A stretch of 48,782 nucleotides of DNA from Bacteroidota bacterium (GTDB lineage: Bacteria > Bacteroidota > Bacteroidia > CAILMK01), in assembly GCA_036846145.1 (NCBI GenBank), contig DAIUCM010000005.1, forward strand, positions 11,032 to 59,813, read 5' to 3'. Below the pieces are notes generated by a model. That model saw only the letters and a list, made by a program, of their open reading frames with translations, was not told the origin of the DNA and did no database searches. Made by a program: the position numbers and the translations under genes. Below are positions 29,933 through 38,680 of this stretch, piece after piece. Numbering within the stretch: the stretch's first letter is position 1; each line of letters starts with the position of its first letter.

Positions 29933-30820
29933 CTAATGCGTATGTTTAGGCTCGTAGATCAGTCGTACAAATGAGCTTAAACGATCATTCTGGCGGCTAA
30001 CCGGTACGCCGGCCACAATGCCAACAATCAGGTTATCGGCAAGGCTTACACGCATTTGCGGGCGTATTGTCATTTTAAAGTCGTGCTCATCAATTTCTTT
30101 ATTGAACTCGACACCGATAAAATTGCGCGTGCCGGTGATCATATAATGAAAGTTGCTGTTTATATGGTACGCGTAATGCAGGTGGCTGCTGCCGAATGTT
30201 TGCGCAATATGCGGCCCGGTATAAATAAGCGTATGGAAATTATTTCCCCAGCGTTTTGCGCCCACAAAAAACGGGTTGTATATGTTACCCTGCAGCATAG
30301 GCGTTGTGGTGATTTTATCTATATCGGTTAAAACAAGCTCATTAATATAACCAAGCGCCAGCGTGGTGTTCCATTTCTGTGAAACAAAAAAGCTCCATTG
30401 CGCCGCTGTTTTTATAGATTCCAGCCGGTGCGATGGCAGGCTGTTCGGGCGGTCTTTTGAGTTTGGTGTATAAAAGGTAAAAGGAAGCTCAATTTCCAGG
30501 CCCAGGCGGTTTACCGGCGCCCACTCATATTCCACAAGCGCCTCGTAATGATCGTAATTAAGATTATCAGTAATTCCCATGCCAATATTCCATTCGCTTT
30601 CGCCTTTGCGTGCGCCAAGGTCGCGGATAAGGTCAATATACAAAGGTTCGGCGTGCAGTACTTTGTCGGGTTCCTGGTGTTCCTGCACTTCAATAATATA
30701 TTTTTTGTCTCTTTTTTTCTTTTTTATGGTGGTAGAATCGGTTTGTGCGAATACAGCTGTTGTAAAAATAAGCGCAATGCAGGTAAATATTAATCTCCTC
30801 ATTATAAATTTAAAATTCAT
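29933..30820 (-). CDS. Hypothetical secreted/outer-membrane protein, 295 aa
   Basis: Signal peptide MRRLIFTCIALIFTTAVFAQ; beta-rich body with aromatic residues near the C-terminus; no recognised family. Confidence 0.55.
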   Translation of the reverse strand: MNFKFIMRRLIFTCIALIFTTAVFAQTDSTTIKKKKRDKKYIIEVQEHQEPDKVLHAEPLYIDLIRDLGARKGESEWNIGMGITDNLNYDHYEALVEYEWAPVNRLGLEIELPFTFYTPNSKDRPNSLPSHRLESIKTAAQWSFFVSQKWNTTLALGYINELVLTDIDKITTTPMLQGNIYNPFFVGAKRWGNNFHTLIYTGPHIAQTFGSSHLHYAYHINSNFHYMITGTRNFIGVEFNKEIDEHDFKMTIRPQMRVSLADNLIVGIVAGVPVSRQNDRLSSFVRLIYEPKHTH

Positions 30821-30999
30821 GGTTGGTTCTTGAAAAACGTAAAAATCGGTATCTGGGAAAAAATGAACTTTGGGCCGATAATTAAATGCTTTGGCAAAGC
30901 AGCAATACGCATAGCCGCACGCATATATGGCTATTGTAAAAAATGCCCTAATTATTTAATGGCCTAAGATCGTGAAAAAATAAAGCGGAAGAAAATGTG

Positions 31000-31383
31000 T
31001 TATGCTTCGGGCGGGGGAGAATTAAGCGAACCTATGTAATTGGTATATTGCTGCTTAAGGAAACAAACCTGTGATAAAACCGGCTGGTAATACTGCAATT
31101 GAGGCTGCCCGGCACGAAAACCAGTATAGAAATCTATTTTTTTTACGGGCTGCTTGCTTTCCGGCTCCTGCTCGGTACCTTCGGGTATGGCATCGGCATC
31201 CAGGTTTGTACTTTCAAGCACAAGCTCTACAAGGCTTTCCACCTCGTTCTGCTCATGGGTATAAGCATCGGAATGGGTAAAGCCATAAAGTGTTGAATCT
31301 ATAGTGTTTACGCTGATATTGAGCATATACAGCGCAGTGAAAAGGCTCAGCAATCGTATATAAAAATTTGGCCTGTTTTTCAC
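31000..31383 (-). CDS. Hypothetical protein with an N-terminal hydrophobic segment, 127 aa
   Basis: ORF with ATG start; RLLSLFTALYMLNISV is a TM/signal-like segment; acidic middle region. Confidence 0.4.
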   Translation of the reverse strand: MKNRPNFYIRLLSLFTALYMLNISVNTIDSTLYGFTHSDAYTHEQNEVESLVELVLESTNLDADAIPEGTEQEPESKQPVKKIDFYTGFRAGQPQLQYYQPVLSQVCFLKQQYTNYIGSLNSPPPEA

Positions 31384-31619
31384 TGTTTTTGATTTTGGTT
31401 TCTGTTTAAATTGTTTATTGGGTTAAAACAGCACAAATTATACCGTTGTTGTTGCAAATGATATTGTTCCGGCTTAATTTAATGGTATTTTAATGGATAA
31501 CGTGAATTCGGTAAAGATCGATGTGCAAATAAATTCGTTGCTAAAAATCCATATAATATACTTTCCAGAAATGCTTTCATGTAAAATAATCTGGTTAAGA
31601 AATGTTTGGCGTTTGGAAA

Positions 31620-31815
31620 CCCGGAACTCATCCGCACGCGTTGGGAAACGCGCGCGAGCCTCTACGACTGGCCAGCCGCTACGATAGGAAAAACTAATGG
31701 GCAATGTTTGTTTTACTTTTTATAACAGGCAAAAAAAACGCTCAGGCTAGCTCAAACAAATAGAAACAATCCGAAGGCAGCTCGCGCGCGTTTCCTAACG
31801 CGTGCGGATGAGTTC
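31620..31815. repeat. Roughly 190-bp element with 36-40-bp near-perfect terminal inverted repeats (MITE-like or large hairpin)
   Basis: GGAACTCATCCGCACGCGTTGGGAAACGCGCGCGAG (31623-31658) and CTCGCGCGCGTTTCCTAACGCGTGCGGATGAGTTCC (31777-31812) are reverse complements with one mismatch. Each arm contains the CGCGTT-N4-AACGCG sub-hairpin, and there is no ORF between them. Confidence 0.5.
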
Positions 31816-32045
31816 CGCGTCTCGGACGCTTGTAACAATTCTCAGATTCACCTCTAATTCCCAGGTCCCGTTTGGATACTTATTTTGTGCTCAAACCATT
31901 CTGTCTTCAATGATAAACCGTTAAAATTTTAAATTTATGGCATTCTGCATATATAAAGCTTCCGGAAAATGCTTTGTATCGAGGTTAGATTTATACTAAA
32001 ATCATATTTACCGAGTTATAAACAGGTAACCAAAACTTAAACAAT

Positions 32046-32462
32046 ATGAAAATCATAACATTTCAATGGCTGGTTCCTGTTTTTGTAATCGCAGTTTTTT
32101 GCTCCTTCACCAGTCCGGAGGTGCAGCAGAAAGACGCGCTTGATTTAACCGGCACCAATACAACCGACAGAATAAGCCGCGGGCAATTAGCGGCGTACAA
32201 GCAGGTTCGCGCTGGTTTTGGAGAAGATTTCGCTTTCGACGGGCTGAAGCTGAAAGTAACTTCTTATACTTTTGTGCATGCGCCCAAAAACGGGAACGCT
32301 TTTATAGAATCTGTAAATGGTAATACGTTTACGCCAAGCATAAAAGCGCGCTTATTACAGGTAAAACCCGGCGATATGGTTATCATCAGCGCAGTAAATG
32401 TAAAAGGCGATGGCTGGGATTATAAACGAATTATCAACGGTAAAGTGTTTACAGTTTATTAA
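32046..32462 (+). CDS. Hypothetical secreted protein, 138 aa
   Basis: N-terminal hydrophobic signal-like segment (WLVPVFVIAVFCSF); clean ORF preceded by the motif-bearing intergenic region. Confidence 0.5.
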   Translation: MKIITFQWLVPVFVIAVFCSFTSPEVQQKDALDLTGTNTTDRISRGQLAAYKQVRAGFGEDFAFDGLKLKVTSYTFVHAPKNGNAFIESVNGNTFTPSIKARLLQVKPGDMVIISAVNVKGDGWDYKRIINGKVFTVY

Positions 32463-32477
32463 TAACCATTTGTTTAC

Positions 32478-32514
32478 ATAAAGCCTTGTAATTCTGCATT
32501 GCAGGGCTTTATGC
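32478..32514. terminator. Bidirectional stem-loop between convergent genes
   Basis: CATAAAGCC-N19-GGCTTTATG, a perfect 9-bp stem, lies between the 32046..32462 (+) and 32509..33525 (-) 3' ends and overlaps the minus-strand stop codon. Confidence 0.4.
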
Positions 32515-33525
32515 TTCCAGGTTTGCCAGCCTGATAATTTCCTGCTGGTATTTTTCCACTTCTTCCATGGGAATGAAATGTGCAGATTGCCGGAACCATA
32601 TTTTCTGCTTTTCCGGTGCGGTAATTTTATCGAAATAAGCTTCTGCCAGTTCCGGTAAAATTGTCAGGTCATATTTCCCGAGGAAAAAATAAACCGGAAT
32701 TTCAAAAACCAACGAATTTCCATATAAGGACGATTCGGAAAATGGTTTCCATAAACGCCTGATGCTGAACAATTGCGCCTGCAGGAACCTGATTTTATCC
32801 AGCCAGGAATATTCAGTTGCGCGAAGCAGGTTTTTGGTGATGAAATACATAACATTGCCTTTGTACATGGCGCCATTGTACTTATGCACTATTTTTCGTT
32901 GTATGAAAATAGCTTTTTTCCAGTCTGTAAAAGGCGGCTTGCCTGCAGCTTCCAATTGCTTTAACACAAGCTTATCTTTTCGGCTAAGCGCAATATTTCT
33001 TATTTTTCCGTACACTAAAACTTCGTTGGATGGCATATCACTCACCTGCCCGATTCCAAAATAAGCGAAATATAATTCCGGCGCCTGCTGAATAGCCTTT
33101 GTTCCCAGCAATGTTCCCCATGAGTGGGCAACAAGATAAAGCTTATCCTTCTTTAAGTATTGCAGAATCGTCCTGGTAACTTCAATAGTATCAGCTATTA
33201 ATTGCGCAATTGATACTTCCTGTTTTCGTATTTCGGCATGGTAAGATAATCCTGCGCCACGCTGATCCCAGTTCACTACCACAAAATACTCCTCCAATAT
33301 TTGCTGGTAATGCCTTGCATAAAATATTGCGCCTGTTCCCGGTCCGCCATGGAGAAACAGCAATGCAGGCTTACTTTTATCCTTTCCGCGAATCATCAGC
33401 CATTGGTCAACACAATTGATTTTGAATTTCCTTAGTTCTGCAATGCTGCCGTGAATTTCATTGCCATCTTCATCTGAAAATGGTGGTGTAAATCTGCCGA
33501 AAAATTTTCTCCATATATACTTCAT
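32509..33525 (-). CDS. Alpha/beta hydrolase (proline iminopeptidase-like family)
   Basis: LLFLHGGPGTG...NWDQRGAGLS...YLVAHSWGTLLG shows the HGGPG motif and GxSxG nucleophile elbow typical of prolyl aminopeptidase-type alpha/beta hydrolases. Confidence 0.8.
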   Translation of the reverse strand: MKYIWRKFFGRFTPPFSDEDGNEIHGSIAELRKFKINCVDQWLMIRGKDKSKPALLFLHGGPGTGAIFYARHYQQILEEYFVVVNWDQRGAGLSYHAEIRKQEVSIAQLIADTIEVTRTILQYLKKDKLYLVAHSWGTLLGTKAIQQAPELYFAYFGIGQVSDMPSNEVLVYGKIRNIALSRKDKLVLKQLEAAGKPPFTDWKKAIFIQRKIVHKYNGAMYKGNVMYFITKNLLRATEYSWLDKIRFLQAQLFSIRRLWKPFSESSLYGNSLVFEIPVYFFLGKYDLTILPELAEAYFDKITAPEKQKIWFRQSAHFIPMEEVEKYQQEIIRLANLEA

Positions 33526-33993
33526 GAAGCAAATGCTTTGAAGCTATAACATTCAGTTTTTGCAAAATGTAAATTTACTATGGCAAAAAATATTTCCACC
33601 ACTTTCCCAAACATTTTAAAACATCATTTGTAATTCCTGTATATAATTTGGCGCCGATGTGCGTTGAACGAATGTAACCACTAACCAAAATATCCATATA
33701 AGGCAAAGCTGAAAAATGCTTTTACATTGCGAATCCGCAATCACGTGCCTTCTGTACCCAATCCCTTTAAGATTAAAAAATCTAAAAGCTGCAGCTGCAG
33801 GTTTTATGTCTGATCCGCGTTAAAAATTTGCGAATTGCAATTATTTTTCCGCAATTCCATATTTTTTGTATCTTTGATTTATTCAAATGACTTGAAGCAT
33901 TTTTACGCGAAAGCAGATATGCAATGAGCGATTTTGTGTAAATTTTTTCATAATTTGTAAACCTTAACCAGTCAACTATAAACTAAACATATT

Positions 33994-34743
33994 ATGTCAT
34001 TATTCAAACGCCTCTTCAAAATTGGCCAGGCCGAAGCGCATGCTGCAGTAGATAACCTGGAAGATCCGATAAAATTAACCGAGCAAAGCCTGCGCGATAT
34101 GCGTGCCGATCTGGAGAAAAGCCTTCATGGTTTGGCGGAAATCAAAGCGATGGTAATTCGTACGCAAAATGAAATTACAGATGCCAACAACCGTGCGAAT
34201 GAGTACGAAACCAAAGCTGTGCAGTTGTTGCAGAAATCGGCGAAAGGCTTACTTCCGGCCAGCGAAGCAGACAGGTTAGCCACAGAAGCCTTGGTAAAAA
34301 AAGAAGCATCAGAGAAATTTGCGCTGAATTCTAAAGCCATCAAAGAGAAATACGAAGCATCGGAATCGCAGATGCTGGAAAATATCAATACATTAAAAAG
34401 CCAGATAAGCAAATGGGAAGACGAGCTGAAAGATCTGAAAGCACGCGTAAAAGTGAGCTCAGCCGCAGTAAATCTCAACAAGCAAATGGCGCAATTGGAT
34501 AGCTCCGGAACTATCGCAACACTGAACCGCATGAAGGAAAAAGTGGCACAGCAAGAAGCGTTGGCGCAATCTTACGGGCAAATTGCTATTGAAAGTAAAA
34601 GCATAGACGAAGAAATTGACAAAGCTTTGGATGATATTGAACGCATCGAGGCGCAGGGAAAACTGGCTGCCTTAAAAGCAAAAATGGCCATTGAAATTAC
34701 TTCGCCAAACCCACCTTTACAAATAGAAAGAGGTACTGAGTAA
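33994..34743 (+). CDS. pspA: PspA/IM30 (phage shock protein A / Vipp1) family protein
   Basis: MSLFKRLFKIGQAEAHAAVDNLEDPIKLTEQSLRDMRADLEK... is the characteristic PspA N-terminus, with coiled-coil composition throughout. Confidence 0.85.
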   Translation: MSLFKRLFKIGQAEAHAAVDNLEDPIKLTEQSLRDMRADLEKSLHGLAEIKAMVIRTQNEITDANNRANEYETKAVQLLQKSAKGLLPASEADRLATEALVKKEASEKFALNSKAIKEKYEASESQMLENINTLKSQISKWEDELKDLKARVKVSSAAVNLNKQMAQLDSSGTIATLNRMKEKVAQQEALAQSYGQIAIESKSIDEEIDKALDDIERIEAQGKLAALKAKMAIEITSPNPPLQIERGTE

Positions 34744-34978
34744 TTCATTCTAAAAGCATTTTTCACCAAAACTATATATGGAAGAATTGGAAAATTGAAA
34801 GATTGAAAAATTGAAAAATTACTTCGCGCCGCTGCATTTTTAAAAGCGCCCGATGTTCAATCCCGACTGTTTCGGGATGGAACATCTATTTTTGATATAA
34901 AAATAAAAATTGCTTCGCATCTCGGAAAATATTTACTCATGTACTCAATTACTCATTCACTCATTGTAAAAAACTAAC

Positions 34979-35602
34979 ATGGAATTACTGGACGCGGCTT
35001 TCTCGCCTGTAAATTTACTGCCTACACTTTTGCTCATGATCATGCTAGTGTACTGGGTGTTCGTAATGGTTGGGATGATTGATATTCATATCGGCGATTT
35101 CCACCTTGACTTGCACGCAGACGGGCATGGCGATGGCATTGATGTTTCGGTGCTTAACAATGTACTTGCGTTTTTTAACCTCGGGCATATTCCGCTCATG
35201 GTTTTCCTCAGTTTCCTGATTTTGCCCATGTGGATCCTGTCTATTTTGGCGAATCATTACTCTGGAAATTCCACAGTGTGGCTGTCTTTTGCTTTTCTGC
35301 TTCCTAACTTTATCGTATCACTTTTTGTAGCGAAATTTCTTACTATGCCATTTATAAAAGTATTTAAAGCACTTGGCAAAGATCATGATATTGATGAAGT
35401 TGTAATTGGCAAAATGTGCACGGTATTAATTGCCGCCAGCGAAGACAGAACCGGCCAGGCAAGTATAAAAATAGATGGCGCGCCGCTCATGCTAAACATA
35501 AGAACCACAGCCGGAAAGATGATCGAAAAAGGTAAATCCGGACTGGTAATAGATTATAATTCAGACAAAAACATATACACTGTAGAACCTTACGAAATTT
35601 AA
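34979..35602 (+). CDS. YqiJ/DUF1449-like inner-membrane protein (NfeD-like partner of flotillin)
   Basis: Several TM helices in the N-terminal half and a beta-rich OB-fold-like C-terminal segment (GKMCTVLIAASEDRTGQASIKIDGAPLMLNIRT); sits immediately upstream of a flotillin gene, as E. coli yqiJ sits before yqiK. Confidence 0.6.
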   Translation: MELLDAAFSPVNLLPTLLLMIMLVYWVFVMVGMIDIHIGDFHLDLHADGHGDGIDVSVLNNVLAFFNLGHIPLMVFLSFLILPMWILSILANHYSGNSTVWLSFAFLLPNFIVSLFVAKFLTMPFIKVFKALGKDHDIDEVVIGKMCTVLIAASEDRTGQASIKIDGAPLMLNIRTTAGKMIEKGKSGLVIDYNSDKNIYTVEPYEI

Positions 35603-35615
35603 CACACAAATCATT

Positions 35616-37784
35616 ATGCTTCAACAACTTTCACTGGCTACTGCAGCCATTTTCGCCTTCGTACTTGTGGGCGTGGTAGCATTAATTGCTAAATGCTACA
35701 AAAGAGCCGTTCAGGGCGAGGCGCTAATCCGCACCGGCTTCGGCGATGCCAAAGTTTCATTCAGCGGCATGCTTGTATTTCCCGTTATTCATAAAATGGA
35801 AATAATGGATATTTCCCTCAAAACGGTGATTATTGGCCGTACCGGGAAAGAAGGCCTTATTTGCATGGACAATATGCGTGCGGATATAAAAGTTACTTTC
35901 TTCGTGAAGGTGAATAAAACGCGCGAAGATGTTTTGCAGGTTGCGCAGGCCATTGGTTGCCGCCGTGCCAGCGACCAGGCTGCGCTGGAACATCTTTTTG
36001 ATGCGAAATTCTCGGAAGCCCTGAAAACTGTTGGTAAACGTTTCGATTTCGTGGAATTGTACAACAGCCGCGATAAATTCAAAGCGGAGATTTTACAAAT
36101 TATTGGCACAGACTTAAATGGTTATATTTTAGATGACTGCGCCATTGACTTCCTGGAGCAAACGCCTTTGGAATCGTTAAATGAGCGTAATATTTTGGAT
36201 GCGGAAGGTATCAAGAAAATTATTGAACTGACGGCAAAACAAAAAATACTTTCCAATCAAATAGAAAGAGAAAAGGAAAAAACCATTACGCAGCAAAACG
36301 TAATTGCTAAAGAAGCTGTGTTGGAACTCGAGCGTCAATTAGCGGAAACGGAAGAAAAGCAGAAACGCGAAATTGCATCAATCAAAGCACATGAGCAGGC
36401 GGAAATTATGATCGTTCAGCAGAATGAAAGATTAAAATCTGAGAAAGCGCGTATTACAACCGATGAAGAACTTCAGGTTGCGAATGAAAATAAATATCGC
36501 CAGATAATAGTTGCTGCTAAAAATAAAGAACGCACAGAAGCTGTTGAAACAGAACGTGTTGAAAAAGACCGCGCATTGGAAGCAACAGAGCGTGAGCGTT
36601 TGGTAAAATTAGCTGAAATTGCCAAAGAAAAAGCCATTGAAGAGCAGCGTAGAGACATACAGGAAGTAATCCGTGAGCGTGTTGCGGTGCAGAAATCTGT
36701 GGTTCAGGAAGAAGAAAAAATTAAAGATACCAGCGCATTCGCAGAGGCAGAACGTAAAAAAGCTGTCGCCATTAAAAATGCGGAAATGCTGGCGGAAGAA
36801 GCTTTGGTACAGCAGATTAAAGCTGCTGATGCCGGAAGACAAGCCGCAGAATTCGCAGCCAAACAAAAACTTATTGAAGCAGAAGCAGACCAGGTTACAG
36901 CCAGCAAACGTGCGGAAGCCATCAAGATTATGGCAGATGCAGAATCGGTTCACGCTGCAGCGCCTGGCTTAGCGGAAGCGCGCGTAATGGAAGCCAAAGC
37001 CATCGCCCTGGAAAAACAAGGTGAAGCGGAAGCAAATATCATAGAATTGAAAGCCATTGCTGATGCGAAAGGTATTAAACTCACCAGCACAGCACAAAGC
37101 GAAGCTTACCAGATGCAGGGCTTATTCGAAGCAAATGTGGCCAAAGAAAAAGGTATTGCAGATGCGAATGTAATTGAGCTGAAAGCTGTTGCAGATGAGA
37201 AAAAAGGCCTTGTAGAAGCAAAAGTGCTTGGCGAAAAAATGTTTGCCGAAGCGAAAGGTATCCAGGAAAAAGCAGATGCCATGAAGAAACTGGATGGCGT
37301 TGGTAAAGACCACGAAGAATTTAAGCTGCGCTTAGAGAAAGAAAGAGCCATAGAACTTGCTACTATAGATATACAATCACGCATTGCGGAAGCGCAGGCG
37401 CAGGTAATTTCCGAGGCATTGAAATCTGCGAAAATAGATATCGTTGGCGGTGAAACCATGTTTTTCGAGAAGATTATGGGCTCAATTACCAAAGGTAAAT
37501 CTATTGACAATATGGTGAAACGCAGCGATGTTTTGACCGAGGTGAAAAACCTTGTTCTGAGTCCAGTGGATGAAGCCGGCATCAAGCTGAACCTGAAGGA
37601 GCATATCACCAAATTCGGTTTAAGTATTGATGATATCAAGAACCTGAGCATCGCTACTTTAATCCTGAAAATGACACAACTCAGCGACAGTCCAGAAACA
37701 CGTAAAACGCTTCATGACTTGCTGGAATCCGCGAAAAAAGCTGGCATGGCGAATCATACAACGGATATTCTGGAGCTGGTGTAA
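35616..37784 (+). CDS. Flotillin-family (SPFH/band-7) protein, YqiK-like, 722 aa
   Basis: N-terminal TM segment plus an SPFH domain (AKCYKRAVQGEALIRTGFGDAKVSF...ISLKTVIIGRTGKEGLICMDNMRADIKVTFFVKVN). It is followed by a long A/E/K-rich coiled-coil typical of flotillins. The many ORFs inside 36.4-37.7 kb are antisense artefacts. Confidence 0.85.
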   Translation: MLQQLSLATAAIFAFVLVGVVALIAKCYKRAVQGEALIRTGFGDAKVSFSGMLVFPVIHKMEIMDISLKTVIIGRTGKEGLICMDNMRADIKVTFFVKVNKTREDVLQVAQAIGCRRASDQAALEHLFDAKFSEALKTVGKRFDFVELYNSRDKFKAEILQIIGTDLNGYILDDCAIDFLEQTPLESLNERNILDAEGIKKIIELTAKQKILSNQIEREKEKTITQQNVIAKEAVLELERQLAETEEKQKREIASIKAHEQAEIMIVQQNERLKSEKARITTDEELQVANENKYRQIIVAAKNKERTEAVETERVEKDRALEATERERLVKLAEIAKEKAIEEQRRDIQEVIRERVAVQKSVVQEEEKIKDTSAFAEAERKKAVAIKNAEMLAEEALVQQIKAADAGRQAAEFAAKQKLIEAEADQVTASKRAEAIKIMADAESVHAAAPGLAEARVMEAKAIALEKQGEAEANIIELKAIADAKGIKLTSTAQSEAYQMQGLFEANVAKEKGIADANVIELKAVADEKKGLVEAKVLGEKMFAEAKGIQEKADAMKKLDGVGKDHEEFKLRLEKERAIELATIDIQSRIAEAQAQVISEALKSAKIDIVGGETMFFEKIMGSITKGKSIDNMVKRSDVLTEVKNLVLSPVDEAGIKLNLKEHITKFGLSIDDIKNLSIATLILKMTQLSDSPETRKTLHDLLESAKKAGMANHTTDILELV

Positions 37785-37875
37785 AGCATTTTTTGAAGGG
37801 TTGAAATATGGAAGTTTTGAATGTGCAGATGTGAAGATATGCAAATGTGAAAATTGGTTTGTATAGTTCTGTCTG

Positions 37876-38053
37876 CACTTCAAATGTTCGGGATTCCCGG
37901 TCAAGCCCGGAATGACGTAAGTTGTTCGAGAATCTCCGAATGAACTGTATAGCGCCTTGTCAATTTCGTCAACAGGAATAAGCTAGAAAAGAACTTAGTA
38001 GCGCCTCGTCAGTAACCGTCATTCCGGCGCAGGCCGGAATCCCGAACTTCAAA
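37876..38053. repeat. MITE-like palindromic repeat, copy B (same family and orientation as 17765-17893)
   Basis: Left arm CTTCAAATGTTCGGGATTCCCGGTCAAGCCCGGAATGACGTAAGTTGTTCGAG is near-identical to copy A. The right arm ...CGTCATTCCGGCGCAGGCCGGAATCCCGAACTTCAAAG is diverged but still self-palindromic. The interior is lengthened by a tandem duplication of the TAGCGCCTYGTC segment. Confidence 0.6.
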
Positions 38054-38088
38054 GCAATGAATCAACTTTTCAATCAATTCTAATTAAA

Positions 38089-38616
38089 ATGGATGAGTAT
38101 ACTAAATGGCAGCAAAACTATAAGTTAAACTTTGCTACCAAAAGCAAAAATTCTAAAGTACTCGACGTTTATGATTATATTTTAAAACACGAATATTCTG
38201 ATGGTGACTTCTGGCATCATGAAGGTAATGCTCAACTTGCAATGAAATTATGCAAGTTTGAAGAAGCTGACTTCATAGATTTAAAAAACGATGTAAATAA
38301 TTGGAATTACGAACAGTTTGAGATGTTGATTAATAGCCTAACAGAAATTACTAAATGGAAAGATCAACCGAGTTTGCCAACATTCAGTTATTTTTTTACA
38401 AGCTTATTCGCTGTCATTAAGGATGAATTTAAACCGTTAATTCTGGAGAATTCATATTTTCTTTGGATGGGAGATGCTAAACCCATCGAAATGCTTTTGC
38501 CAATAAGAAAATATTTTTTCGATAAAGCGATAAAATCATATTCAAAAGAGGAAGTAGAATCTAATCCTTTTTTCAAGGATATCGATAAAGCTCTTGAAGT
38601 AGCAAATCGTAATTAG
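38089..38616 (+). CDS. Hypothetical protein, 175 aa, AT-rich
   Basis: Clean ORF with ATG start; visibly lower GC than the flanking genes; no recognised motif. Confidence 0.5.
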   Translation: MDEYTKWQQNYKLNFATKSKNSKVLDVYDYILKHEYSDGDFWHHEGNAQLAMKLCKFEEADFIDLKNDVNNWNYEQFEMLINSLTEITKWKDQPSLPTFSYFFTSLFAVIKDEFKPLILENSYFLWMGDAKPIEMLLPIRKYFFDKAIKSYSKEEVESNPFFKDIDKALEVANRN

Positions 38617-38680
38617 AAAAATAGATTTCAACCCAATCCATTTTCCACACAACCCATATATGGAAATTTAACGCACACCC

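Noticed and set aside
2196-34830. AT-rich tandem repeats as CRISPR arrays
   Set aside because: The units are 8-11 bp with no spacers of unique sequence and no cas genes.
35757-37651. Numerous minus-strand and alternate-frame ORFs within 35.7-37.7 kb
   Set aside because: They lie inside the flotillin gene and arise from its GC-skewed A/E/K-rich coiled-coil coding sequence.
5075-38660. ATG within TATATGG motif copies as start codons of mini-ORFs
   Set aside because: All are terminated within 3-10 codons (MEELEN*, MEVLNVQM*, MEAE*, MES*, MEI*). The conserved spacing to AAAGCATTTTT argues for a DNA- or RNA-level signal instead.
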